A stretch of 64,000 bases of DNA from Rhynchobatus australiae (GCA_034780895.1 JAUZTB010000135.1:81798772-81862771); one strand, 5' to 3'; counted from the first letter of the stretch, positions 25,291 to 38,307 are shown. The notes: generated by a model from the sequence alone, not told the origin. Translations and numbers: made by a program.

Positions 25291-26689
25291 AGTACCTTAA
25301 TACCTTACTTGATTCTTAAAATAACAAATATTGACTATGCTTTTGAATTGGCTAAGATAGGAGCAGGTGTTGGATGAAGACGCAATGACAATATTAACAA
25401 TTAAAGTTGACAGTGTATGATTTTGTAAGGAAAGATAATCACAATTTTACTAATCATAACACTGATGACACTATGTTATCAGTGCTGTCAGTTCCTTGTA
25501 AATGGGACTTTTTTTCCAGGTAAAAGTGCTTCGGGCTTGTGAATACCTCTTATGTTGATCGGCATGAATACCTCACCTGTCATATTTGAAGATTACCATT
25601 GAAGGTGAAAAAGCAGTAGATACAATTAACATTTTTTTTAATGCCATACTGTCTATCATGTCAGAGCACTGATAAATTGTTACATCCTGATTAATAGTTC
25701 ATTTATGAAAAAAGTTGAAGGGGTTGTAGTTTCTGAATAGATCACAACGTCATCAGCAAACAAAATCCTGGTGCAGGTAACAGATTTTTGTAGTAGATTT
25801 AAATTTTAATTTTCTGGAGTACTTTGCATGACTCTCCATGTGGCAATGTGCATGCACTCTGTAAATTATTACAGTGGGGAACTTATAACGTTCATGCCCC
25901 TTTAAAGAAGTTGAATGCATTCTTGAATGGTTCAGAACAATGTATAATCATTCTTTGAACTGTCACCTTAAACCCACTTCCCAACAAAAATAATGAACCT
26001 ATGACTCAAGACACATAAGTAGTGTTGCAAAAGGGAATAAACTGATGAGTGAAACTTAGGGGCATTTAAACTGCTGATTTGACCTCAATGGTTATTTCTA
26101 GCACAAGAAAATATGAAAAAAAATTGGTTTGTAATTAGCATGCTCTTTAATTTTTGTATAAAAGTGGTTCATTAAGTTACCAAATTAGAAGTGGAATGGT
26201 CTACACCAATCTACACAGAATGTGGTCTCAGGGCTAAGTTCATGATGACCACTTATCCACTTAATAGGAATTTGAGGTGAATGATTTCATGAGCGCATTG
26301 GGAACCACAAGAAATTTGAGTACTACCTTGCTTCCCACTGCTTTGAGTTAACCACTGAAGCATGCATATTCCTTTTAAGGGTCTACAGAAGGNNNNNNNN
26401 NNNNNNNNNNNNNNNNNNNNNNNNNNNNNNNNCACTCTTCCACCGGACAAACTGTCTGCAGAGAACATATGCAGAGATGACAACCACCCATCAGAGTGGC
26501 AATGCAAAGTGCATCACTTGGATGCAGTAGACTTCTCCTCCGCTGTACACCTGATGAATGTTCTACATAATGAGAGAATTCAATCAATTTGCAACTAAAG
26601 GAGTTCAAGTTTGTCCCATTTGCTTAAGAATGAATTTTAAAATCTCAGCATCATAGTTTACAATAATGCCAACGAATCTTGTAAATATA

Positions 26690-26945
26690 CCCAATAAGAT
26701 ATTCCAAGCTTGCTGTTAACATTTCCTCATGATCTAATACCTCTAATCCCTTGAGAAAGGTCCTTTCCTGTGCAGAGAAATGAGGCTCCGAAGTAGCCCA
26801 TGGATTAATGATTGAGTTAGTTTTAGAGTCGGGGAGGGAGGTAAGCAAATCTAATCTTTGGCAGAAGGATTAGTTAAATTGTCATTTGACAGCTGCATGC
26901 TGGTGTTGTCAATAATCAAGGCAATTGTTTATCAATTGTCCAGAC
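26690..26945. promoter_or_regulatory. Candidate enhancer with a K50-homeodomain (Otx/Crx/Pitx-type) site cluster
   Basis: TAATCC 26744, GGATTA 26802 and 26867, TAATCT 26852, TGACAG/CAGCTG 26887-26895, ATTGTT 26924, in unique-looking sequence. Confidence 0.4.
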
Positions 26946-27119
26946 GAGGTCCAACTATGATGTAAGTAGTTATGGGCCTCAAACAGTTTGACTTGAATTA
27001 TACATAATTACTGAACCCTTAAGATACTGAAGCATTTTGCTTTTCTTGATAAGTACATTTCTTTTTCAATGCTATTCAGATTGCAACAATCAAGTGGTTT
27101 ACTGCAGAATTTGACAATT

Positions 27120-27560
27120 TTGCAATAAAAATAGAAAATGTTCAACACATCAGGCAGGTTCATGACCTCCAGAACTTGAACAAGTTAAAATTAAACATTT
27201 TAAGATGGGGTGAAGAGGCAAGGATCAAAGGGAAGAGCTCTGATTAGGTTGAATGTAACAGAGACTAAATGGCAATAGGAGTGTGGGTGCAAGCCAGAGC
27301 TTGGGGAGATCAGCTATCTCGGAGGGTTAAAAATGTTTGAAGAAGATTACAGATACCCGTAAAGGGACGGCAAAACTATGGAACGCTTTAAAATTGAGGT
27401 GTTGCTTTACTTGGAGTCAGGGAAGGCCAGCAAACACCAGAGTGGTGAATGTGGGAGATGCAGTCAGCAGCACATTTACTGAGTCCAAGTTCAGGGAGGC
27501 TGGTTAAAAGTACATCTTATTCGTGGAATACACAGGGAACAAGGCATTAATGAGGCTTTC
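27120..27560 (-). mobile_element. Penelope terminal fragment followed by an L2-like remnant
   Basis: aataaaaatagaaaatg..tcaggcag motif, then gaagaagattacagat..ctatggaacgctttaaa resembling 29500-29570. Confidence 0.4.
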
Positions 27561-28299
27561 ACAACTTTTGAAAGATCAGGACTATTGAAAATAAAGAACA
27601 TAAATAGTGAAACTGTAGGACCTCATGTCTATTCCACTTCTGGGAAAGACCACGACTCATGAATTCAGCTATGAAGTGCTAAGTGTGACCATTGTTTAAT
27701 TTTAACTTGGGATGTTTGCAAGATGGATAGAGGAGAGTGATACAGGGCAAGGCGGTGGAATTTTCCAATGTTTAGCCTATTGGTTGTAACCTGCCATCAC
27801 AACCTAATTGAAATAATTAATTTTGACTTCCATTTCATTTTCCTCCCACCAACTAGCAGGAATGATATGGTCCTACAAAATGCAAACTTAACCAAACTTA
27901 GGCGAATCGTGGAGAGAGTAAAATTGTAGCCATTCATAATGGATATTATGCATAGATCCAGATCCAGATTTAGAACCATCACACAGGACTTATTATAGGG
28001 TGCAGTCAGGAGGAGGTGGAAGGGATAGGAAGGAGAATCCTACTGCAGCCAAAATGTGTGATGGAGATAGCAGAGGGAATGAGGAACAGGAATATTATGG
28101 CCAGGTTATAGATGCAATGCAAGAAAAAGTTTAATGTTGTAATCTGAGTCACTGGTCTTGCCAAATGCAGTTCAATGTATCATTCCTCAAGCACATTCAG
28201 TTTTCGGCAGCACCCAGACTTTATTTCCCATACACTTCATTGCCTCCTTATTTATCCATCTACCAGTGTCACTCATCACAGTTGAAATCACTTCTTCTA

Positions 28300-28460
28300 C
28301 TTAGATGGTTTGCTGGCACTGAGATGACTCACTTCTACCAGTTCTGTGGGTTCAGGACAGGACATCTGATGAGTTCAACACGGGGCCTGCCACATATTGA
28401 GGAGGAAGTCCTTGATGGGGTGGGTGGCTGGGTAGTGATGCTGTTCACCTTCTGCTATTT
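28300..28460 (-). mobile_element. RTE LINE 3' end, inverted relative to the adjacent RTE piece
   Basis: Reverse complement gives gaacccacagaactggtagaagtgagtcatctc, matching 16573-16610. Confidence 0.6.
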
Positions 28461-28469
28461 ATGCTGGAC

Positions 28470-29270
28470 ACAAAGCTCATAGGCTATGGTCATGCCTCAG
28501 AGACATGGATTATACCCACTTCAGGCAAATTTAAGTACTGGAGTGATAGCAGCAATGCTGTCTCTACAAAATCCTCTAAATCCACAGGCAGGAGAGGTGA
28601 ACCAATGCAGTGTTCTCTTCCAAGCCTACATCCTCCATATTAAGACCTTATTGCAGTCAGTCGGCTCCAATCAGCATGCCCCATTGGCACCAGACTCTCA
28701 AAATAGACACTCCATTCTAGTGTCCTTCATAGGGGGAGGACAGAGGAAAAAATTCAATGATATTCTCAAAACATTATTGAAATGCTTTAACATATCCAAC
28801 AGCTAACGCTATTACAGCGCCAGCGACCCGGGTTCAATTCCTGCTGCTGTCTGTAAGGAGTCTGTACGTTCTCCCCGTGTCTGCATGGGTTTCCTCCAAG
28901 TGCTCCGGTTTCCTCCCACATTCCAAAAATGTACAGGTTAGGAGTTGTGGGCATGCTATGTTGGCGCTGGAAGCATGGCAACACTTGTGGGCTGCTCCCA
29001 GCACATTATCAGTAACGCAAAAAGATACATTTCACTGTGTGTTTTGATGTACATGTGACTAATAAGCAAATATCTAAATATATATATCCTTTGGGAATCT
29101 CTGGCCCAAGACTGCTCAAAGTGGAAAAGGAGCTCTCAGGTTGGCACTGAGAACCTTGAATTCATGCACAAAGATCACACCACACTCCAAGTTATCCAGT
29201 GACCCACCCTGGCAAGCACCTGGGTTGGATTGGAAACAAGTCATCCTCGATCCTGAGGGAAGACTGAGGC
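28470..29270 (+). mobile_element. RTE LINE 3' region split by a V-SINE
   Basis: GGGQRKKFNDILKTLLKCFNI before the SINE; tgggaatctctggcccaagactgctcaaagtgg (WESLAQDCSKW) and the RTE tail after it. Confidence 0.8.
28798..29085 (+). mobile_element. tRNA-derived V-SINE (HE1-like), 5'-truncated, Rex1-like tail
   Basis: B box ggttcaattcc; V core gggtttcctccaagtgctccggtttcctcccaca; tail catttcactgtgtgttttgatgtacatgtgactaataa; possible TSD atatcc. Confidence 0.9.
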
Positions 29271-29699
29271 AGAAGATTTTATGCCAAGGCACTTCAAAGA
29301 AACTTAAAGAAATGTGCCATCAAAGTATAAAAAGAAATATTAGATCAGGGGATTAAAAGTTTGGTCATGGGTTCCTGAAAGGTGGTTCAAGACGAAAGGC
29401 AGCAGAGAAGATAAAACTGGGGCCCATGCAGCTGGTGATGGTGGAGCCCAGAACTGACACGAGATCAGAACTGATAGAGCAGAGAGATATTAGAAGAGAA
29501 GGGAAGAGAAGGTTATAGAATTATAGCTGGAACAGCCATGGAAAGATTTGAATACAAAGACGAGAATTTAAATTCGAGGCTTTGCTGACCTGGGATTCAT
29601 CAAGACGATTTAATGAATTATTTTTCTTACGTTTGTATTATTTACAGATTTAAAATTGCACTCACCTGGCCTCAGCCAAGTCATTATCATTCCCTGAAA

Positions 29700-30045
29700 G
29701 AGGTGTCACAGGTAGACAGGGTGGTGAAGAAGGCATCTTTTTCCCAGGAAAAGGGAGTCAAAAACTAGAGGGCGTAGGCTTAAGGTGAGAGTGGAAAGAT
29801 TTAAAAGGGACTTGAGGGGCAAGGTCTTAATGCAGAAGGTGGTGCATATGTGGAATGAGCTGCCAGAGGAATTGCTTGAGGCAGGTAAAATAACAACTTT
29901 TAAAAGACATTTGGACAGGTACATGGAGAGGAAAGGTTTAGAGGGATATGGGCCAAATACAGGCAAGTTGGGCTAGTTTAGATGGGCAAGTTGGTTGGCA
30001 TGGACAAGTTGGGCTAAAGCACGTGTTTCTGTGACTCTCTGACTC
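29700..30045 (+). mobile_element. CR1 LINE 3' end
   Basis: ORF 29785-29976 RFKRDLRGKVLMQKVVHMWNELPEELLEAGKITTFKRHLDRYM; gactct tail repeats. Confidence 0.92.
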
Positions 30046-32749
30046 CATTACATAATACAAACTGTCAATCCTGGGCTGGTTAGCAACCAGAGTATCTAAA
30101 TCCATGATAATTCTCAAGAGTACCCGATGTAGCAGAGGTCAATTTTTCTTATGTAGTGAGTTGTTACGGCTTGGAATGCATTGACTGAAAGGGTAAAAGG
30201 AAATCGAGTAGTACCTTTGTAATGTACACTTAAAAAAATGTGGAAAGATTACAGGAAAGACTGGAGAGGTAGGTTTAATTGGATAGATCCTTCAGTCACT
30301 GTGGACTGAATGCTGCTTTCATATAGATTCTTGTGTGTGATTTTTTAAAGATTTTATATCACGTCACTGGCAATCTAGTTCCAAAGCCATTGATAAATTT
30401 GTAGAGACAGCTGATGATGTCATCGTTCCACTGATTAAATATTGGGCGAAAGCACATCTGCTTGAAGACACTGTCCCTTCACTGCACCCGTTGTAGAAAT
30501 AGCACTCATCCTAAACCTACCAGATGTGTGATTATTGAAAATCCTGCGGTACAAACTGGAATCTTCCAGTAGTTCTTGTGCTGCTTTTTGGTATAGGTTC
30601 TGTGCTCATTTTATCAGAAGCTTTTGGAATTTTGTGCCTATACTAACATCAATTTGACAAAAAGCATAGCTTTTTTTATAATGTGCTTCAAAAGTACTTG
30701 ATTGCAAAAACAATTTCTAAGTCATCTCAATTTTTACTTCGTTTGTTGTTAGCTGTTTAAAAAACATGTCCTTAATATGATAATAAACATATTATTCAAT
30801 TAGTTATCTTTACCCAAATTTTACATTAAAGGCATAAAAAATATTAGCAGAACAAATAATGAAATAATGAGTTATACAGAACTTTGAAATGGAGAAATCA
30901 TTTCCTGTAAAGTTGTATTATTTTTGACTTCTGGTATACTTAATAAGAATCTAATTCAAAATTCCTATTTCCTATTGTTGAACATTTACGTCAATAGTAA
31001 GTGTTGAAAAGAGAAGAACAGTCAGAACATCAATGCGACACATTATTGTACATTAGATGACAAATTCCTCGGTAACAGCCTTTGGAATATCCATTNNNNN
31101 NNNNNNNNNNNNNNNNNNNNNNNNNNNNNNNNNNNNNNNNNNNNNNNNNNNNNNNNNNNNNNNNNNNNNNNNNNNNNNNNNNNNNNNNNNNNNNNNNNNN
31201 NNNNNNNNNNNNNNNNNNNNNNNNNNNNNNNNNNNNNNNNNNNNNNNNNNNNNNNNNNNNNNNNNNNNNNNNNNNNNNNNNNNNNNNNNNNNNNNNNNNN
31301 NNNNNNNNNNNNNNNNNNNNNNNNNNNNNNNNNNNNNNNNNNNNNNNNNNNNNNNNNNNNNNNNNNNNNNNNNNNNNNNNNNNNNNNNNNNNNNNNNNNN
31401 NNNNNNNNNNNNNNNNNNNNNNNNNNNNNNNNNNNNNNNNNNNNNNNNNNNNNNNNNNNNNNNNNNNNNNNNNNNNNNNNNNNNNNNNNNNNNNNNNNNN
31501 NNNNNNNNNNNNNNNCATCTTAAAGAAATGACAAATTCTGCTCCAGTGTTCACAGTACTGTTTCAGTTTAATATTAAGAATCTTTTCTGCATGACCACCA
31601 GGGTAGAACTTGAATTAATCGCCGAAGATAAAATGTATGTGTTTGATTTTTGAAAAACAAAAGGCATTACAAGTGGCACATTTGCCTCTCATGGTGTCTT
31701 CCTTAGGTTTTTTTGACACCTTAAGGGTAAGTTTAGGGGTAGCTTTGAATTCAGGAGTGTCAAGTGGCTGATGGTGAGCTTAACGCTATTTCTGATTGTT
31801 GTACCTACAGTAGAGACACAAGGTATAAATTGTAATGCTGTGGGAAACCAGGGGGATCTGTGACTTGTTGCAGAGCTCTTTCACAAAATCGGCATAGGTA
31901 GAGTGAGCTGGAAGGTCTCCTTCTGCATTTTCTATGAATCCACTTTGCCAACCCATTTACACAAAAGTACAAAGACAAAATAACCATTTTTAATATCATC
32001 ATGTGGATGCATGCAATGTGAGAGTGATTGACATGTAAATGGTGATGTCCAAGGACATAATAGTCTTGTCAGAATAGAATTAAGAACAATTTGCAGATAC
32101 ATGTACAAAATGCAAAGGTACTTTTNNNNNNNNNNCTGTAAAGCTTACTTGTACAGTAAAATCTTACAAAAATGTAGGATTTTTTATAAAAAGTAAAACT
32201 TGGAATGAATGTGTATAGATCCAAAAGAAGTCTGTTCATGGGAACAGAGCACAATTCACTTGGACCTAACCTGTCAGTTTCAGTTCAGAATTAAAAGCCG
32301 GCAGAATTTACAGATAAACTTTGTAGCTGTTTCTTATTAGCGAGTACCCAGCACTGAAACTATGGGCCAGTAACTGATCCTGGCCAGAAGTGCAAAACAG
32401 GCAGTCTTACAATGGTTGCCTTTTATTCTTCTACCTATTGATTTTGATTTTGGCATTCAATGAAATGTTGCCTTTATTTATACATTACTCCCCAAAACCA
32501 AGNNNNNCCCCCCAGAATTTTAAAAAATGCACTTTGTCATGAATGACATATGCTTAGCAACTGAGATTCTATAATAAGGTCTGTCAAGGTGTTCTCAATT
32601 ATTAAATACCAGCAGTTGTAGTACTGATTTTCTGCCTTTAGATGTTGTTATTGGGCTTTGTAAATACAAGGCTGCATCAGGGTGCCATGACCCAGGATTA
32701 CAAAAAAACACTACTTTCAGCCTTAGTGATATGGAATTAAATAGTTTAT

Positions 32750-33310
32750 ATTGGAATTGGTTTATTATTGTCACTTGTACTGAAGTACAGTGAAAAACTA
32801 GTCTTGCATACTGGTCATACAGATCAATTCATTACACAGTGCATTGAGGAAGTATAAGGTATTGCAGAATGCAGAATAAAGCATAACGGCTACAGAGAAA
32901 GTGCAGTGCAGGTAGACAATAAGGTGCAAGGTCATAGCGAAGTAGATTTTGAGGTCAACGGTCCACCTTATCGTACTAGGGAACCGTTCAATAGTCTTAT
33001 AATTGTGGGATAGAAGCTGTCCTTGAGCCTGGTGGTATGTGCCTTCAGTCTTTTGTATCTTCTGCCTGATGGGAGAGGGGAGAAGAAAGAATGTCTGGGG
33101 TGGGTGTGGTCTTTGATTATCCTGGCTGCTTTACTGAGGCAGCGAGAGAGTCCATGGAGGGAAGGCTGGNNNNNNNNNNNNNNNNNNNNNNNNNNNNNNN
33201 NNNNNNNNNNNNNNNNNNNNNNNNNNNNNNNNNNNNNNNNNNNNNNNNNNNNNNNNNNNNNNNNNNNNNGAGGCAGCGAGAGAGTCCATGGAGGGAAGGC
33301 TGGTTTCTGT
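32750..33310 (-). mobile_element. Rex1/Babar-type LINE 3' end
   Basis: RCLSKAARIIKDHTHPRHSFFSPLPSGRRYKRLKAHTTRLKDSFYPTIIRLLN contains the LPSGRRY...RLKxSF.P..IRLLN Rex1 C-terminal signature. Confidence 0.9.
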
Positions 33311-34254
33311 GATAAACATAACATTAAGCAATTTCATAATATTTTCTCAATTCTTGTATTAACACTTTAGCTCTTTAATGTGTTTGTAATTCACTGTCAG
33401 CGTGGAGGTAAGAACTACATTTCCTCTATTGACTCAGCATAGAGTACATTTTCCCCTCCCTCTTCTCTTCTGTGAATGTTGTTCACTCTTCCATTTCTCC
33501 TACCATTAGAAATAACCATGGCAACTTATTTCCTGTGGATCATCAACCAACCCAACCAAACATTGATCAGGTGTGATCAATGACATCTGTGCCACAATAG
33601 ATGAAGAACTGTTGGGCAGGCACTCTGATGATGGTCAGCACCAGGCTGCTGAGCCATTGGACAGGGTGCTAACCACTGCTTGCCTGTCCTTATTGCTGGC
33701 TACTGTGCACAATCACTTATTCTGCAGGAAGGTGCTAAGTATATCAATGTGTATTGCAATGTACATGGGTGAAGTACTCATGCCTGAATAGCTGGCAATT
33801 GGTTTCTGCGTCAAGAATGTTGTGCTTGAGAATGTGCCAGCAGCCTTGAGTGATGGGAGTGTGTAGCCTGGTGCAGTGTGCAACTCTCCTTGTGCTACTG
33901 TATGGAGTTGCTACTCTTGCATCCCAGTGAAGGAGAACAGGTAGTGGGCAGGGCTTGTTTGTGTGGGGTCACAACAAGCCTCATGGTTTAACAAAAGGTC
34001 TCAGGACCACTGCAGGCTCAGTGGGTCAAACTGGCTCCACCATAGTCCTCAAGGTGTGGACAATTACATTTAAAGGCAAACTCCAAAGGTTACTCTCCAG
34101 ACTATTGGGAAAAATAGATAAAAACTGTATGTTTATTCAGAAAGCTGGCTGATCTCAGAGGGCAAACACGTCACACTTCATTAAGACAGAAAACTGGACA
34201 CCTTTCCTCCCTGTCCACCCTCAAAGAACACCGTCTTTCACAGCCATAGATTTA

Positions 34255-34352
34255 CTTGGGAATCCAGAAACAAGCTGCTGGAGAAACCCTGTGGGTCAGG
34301 CAGCTTCTGTGGAGGCAAAGGAATAGTTGATGTTTTGGGTTGAGACCCTGAC
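34255..34352 (-). mobile_element. Penelope-like terminal-repeat fragment
   Basis: gctgctggagaaaccctgtgggtcaggcagcttctgtggagg...ttttgggttgagaccctg (hammerhead stem II remnant). Confidence 0.65.
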
Positions 34353-37300
34353 TCAATTTAAATTGGAACCCATTCAACATCACCCTGCCTCCAATAAAGG
34401 TAAAATTTGGGATGAAAGTCATGACAGAAATCTTATTCAAGGAATCTTACAGCGTATCTGTCCAGAATCTCTGAAAAAACTCTTTGAAACTACAATTACT
34501 GTCAGAATAGATTTGTCTGCCCCTGTACTGTAGACCAATATGACACGGGTCAAACCACCCATGACTTACAATACCGTGTATACCCCTGTGTCATACACAG
34601 GCAGATCTTTATCTTCCAGTAGGTTGCCCATTTTATAGTTACAGAACTGTACCCACCAATCTTTGTTCTAAAACTGGATGTGGAGTTTGATCTGGACTCG
34701 GGCTAGAATGGGCCCAAATGCATCCCTAGTCTCAGGCCCAGTTTGTATGGGTATGACTTTGGGTGGGCCCTAAAAACCCAGGCTGACATTGAGTAATGCT
34801 GAGCCTAACATATGGTTGGTCCTGTAGATCTGGGCTGGACATTAAATTAATACTGAGTTGGCCTCAAGCATCTTATCCTGAAGGTGAGCTTCTGTGCCTG
34901 ATATTGGGTGAACCCCAAAGCCTACACTGGCTGTGCCCTGAGCCCAACTTCAGGTGGGAACTTAGCACTTAGCTCAACACTGGGGGGAGGGAGGGGATGG
35001 TGGGAGAGGAGCCCTGAACCTGACATCAGGTGAGCACCGAGCCCAACTGATACTGAGNNNNNNNNNNNNNNNNNNNNNNNNNNNNNNNNNNNNNNNNNNN
35101 NNNNNNNNNNNNNNNNNNNNNNNNNNNNNNNNNNNNNNNNNNNNNNNNNNNNNNNNNNNNNNNNNNNNNNNNNNNNNNNNNNNNNNNNNNNNNNNNNNNN
35201 NNNNNNNNNNNNNNNNNNNNNNNNNNNNNNNNNNNNNNNNNNNNNNNNNNNNNNNNNNNNNNNNNNNNNNNNNNNNNNNNNNNNNNNNNNNNNNNNNNNN
35301 NNNNNNNNNNNNNNNNNNNNNNNNNNNNNNNNNNNNNNNNNNNNNNNNNNNNNNNNNNNNNNNNNNNNNNNNNNNNNNNNNNNNNNNNNNNNNNNNNNNN
35401 NNNNNNNNNNNNNNNNNNNNNNNNNNNNNNNNNNNNNNNNNNNNNNNNNNNNNNNNNNNNNNNNNNNNNNNNNNNNNNNNNNNNNNNNNNNNNNNNNNNN
35501 NNNNNNNNNNNNNNNNNNNNNNNNNNNNNNNNNNNNNNNNNNNNNNNNNNNNNNNNNNNNNNNNNNNNNNNNNNNNNNNNNNNNNNNNNNNNNNNNNNNN
35601 NNNNNNNNNNNNNNNNNNNNNNNNNNNNNNNNNNNNNNNNNNNNNNNNNNNNNNNNNNNNNNNNNAAAATTGAATCCCCTGGAATAGCATTACTGTGCCA
35701 GACAGGACTTTAGCACTGGCTGACGTTGTAATCGTAGTAGTGGGGTGGCCACATGAATTTCAGGTGTGACTGGTACTGTATCACATCAGCATGGGTTTCT
35801 TGTGGATCACATTTCCAGGGTATACTCCACAGGATGATCCAAGTTACTCCTGAGATGCCTTGATGGAAAAAAGGGAAGATTGGCAAGGAGAACATTTTCA
35901 GGTTGTGTGCTGACCCTCTTTTACTCATTGATTACAGATTAAAAGAAGATCTTCCCTACCACCAGGACAGTTCTGGTGCTAACAATGTAGACAGGTATGG
36001 GAACATGCTCCTTCACCCATGTATTCTTGCGAAACATCGTCAAGCTCATATGTATTTTGTGTGTGAAGTGCCAAGAGCCAAAAAGAAACAGAAACTCTCT
36101 AGCTCTTCAGAATTTTGTGTTTGTGATACTAAGTGTCCTGCTCTTGTTATCAATTCAGGCTTTCATCAAATGACGGAAAAAATATACATTGATATACTGC
36201 AGGAGGAGCCATAAATTAATCAGGCACTTGTGGTAAGAAGGCAACCATTTAACATATCAAAAATCTGTTTCTTTTTTGAATTTGTGTTTGTCTTTCCAAA
36301 GGTAGCTGGAAAAATATCATTATCTGTGGCATGGATAGCAAGTTAACAATACTGAGAGTTGTCAGGAGCACTTTGTTTATAAATTCTGTTCCGTAATTCA
36401 GGCCAAACAGGCATCTTTTGTTTTTCCATAAGTATTTATTCAGAATTTTGGAGTCATTTTAGAAATATTCATTACATTTCCCTTGAAGGATTATAACGTA
36501 TTTGCCTAATACTGTCAGTCCTGAAGGTATTCAGTTTTATTAGGAAGTCATTGTCCTTTCCTTTTATTTGTCATCCTGCAGAATTGAAGTTTCTAGTTCG
36601 ATATGCTGCTAAACTATTATTTGAGGGAAGGGGAAAAGGATACAAAATATCAAAATCTTTGTTCTATAAAATAACCTCCTGGTCCAGCTTACTGTAACAG
36701 CATGAATTTTCACATAATTTGTGGAATGCATTGCGTAAAATGGTTGTGAAATTTATTCAATTCAAATTAAGTAGATGTAGCAGTGTAATCTTTCTCTATT
36801 AAATGTGTCACTCTCTGCAATTGTTCCTTAATATCCTTCACAACTTCAATCTAAGATTGGTAGTTTCTTATGCTGCCACAGTATCAGTAACCTTCTGAAA
36901 AATTCACTGAAGCAGAACCTTGAGATATCAGGTTTGCAAGACCTTGATTATAGCAGGAAGTGGACTGTATAAAGCCTTTTTTTCAGTTAGTGGAAATGTT
37001 TAGCTAAAGAATATGCTGAGGCTGAAAAATTGCCCAAAATGATTTTTGAACTTGAGATAATTACCCTGATACAGTTTAATTACTCAAGTGTGTAAATTGT
37101 TGTGATATCTATTTTAGCATTGTAACAATTTATTTTTATGGCATGGTTTAGGCATAAGGTATTTTTAGAGGCCATTAGACATTCTCTTGCAATAAATGAA
37201 CAGAAGATCAGATTTTGCTGGTTACGTAGCTTGGTGAAAATGAATCATGTTCCAACTTACAATTACTTTAGCAGAATTATCAGCATTCTTTAAAATTAAA

Positions 37301-38084
37301 GTGTAAGTGCAGTCTTGCAGCATATATATATATATATATGGAATGGTAGAAATTGTAGCTATAATTCTTCATATTACTGGTTCCTATTTTCAATGGCTGT
37401 CAAAGGTAGGTAATGAGGGAATGCAGATCACTGTCTCATGGGGGAAGGGCAAGCTGAATCGGAGGGTGATTCAGCTCACTTCCATGAGAAAAAGACCTGG
37501 AAGTAATGAATCCCCAATGTCTAGAATTTCCAGCANNNNNNNNNNNNNNNNNNNNNNNNNNNNNNNNNNTTGTAGTGTTCTACTGAAGCAGTATTAAGTT
37601 GGATTGCTTATTGGTAATCCTGGATTTGGAGCATGGATCTGATGTTTGGGTCCTAAAATGGAGCTAGCTTTAACTTGGTCTGTTCACTCAAACAAGACTG
37701 CTTAAATATTTACTGTGGGGAAATAGTGTAGAGAGGCACTTCCTGAAGTCAATTAGAAGTACATTTCTGTACATTGACAGCAATGTGTAAATTCTAGTTT
37801 ATACCCTTGGAGGGAGACTTAGAGAAATCCATTTACTGGTTTTCCTATTTTTATTACCGTTGCCAGTTTGAAGTGTGAGTTATGAATTGGTGTGTCTTTT
37901 AGCTGTGTTTATTAATGCTTGTTGAAGAGGTCACAATGTTGCCCCTTGTTGCAAGTGTAATGATGCTCTCATTACACATATTTGCATCTCCCCACCTCTC
38001 ATGATTTTGAACAACATGAGTCTCTGTGAAACCTCATTTCCAAGTTCTTATAATGTTATGGTGTCACAAGTTAAGTAAAAACAT

Positions 38085-38307
38085 AATAACATAAGAAATA
38101 GAAGCAGGAGTAGGCTCTTCAGCCCCCTGTGCATCCTCTGTCATTTAATAAGATCATGGCTGATTTTTTACCTCAGTGCTACTTTCCTGCACTGACCCCC
38201 TATCCCTTGATTCCCTTAATAAATAAAAAAAATTATCAATGTCTTTCTTTAATATAATCAGTGACTGAGTCTCCACGGCCCTCTTGGGAGAGAATTCCAA
38301 AGATTCA
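38085..38307 (-). mobile_element. CR1 LINE 3' end, runs into a gap
   Basis: acataagaaatagaagcaggagtaggc tail; minus-strand NLWNSLP motif. Confidence 0.85.

Noticed and set aside
33136-33303. Direct repeat gaggcagcgagagagtccatggagggaaggctgg either side of a 100-N gap
   Set aside because: Contig-end overlap across a placeholder gap; assembly artefact rather than a duplication
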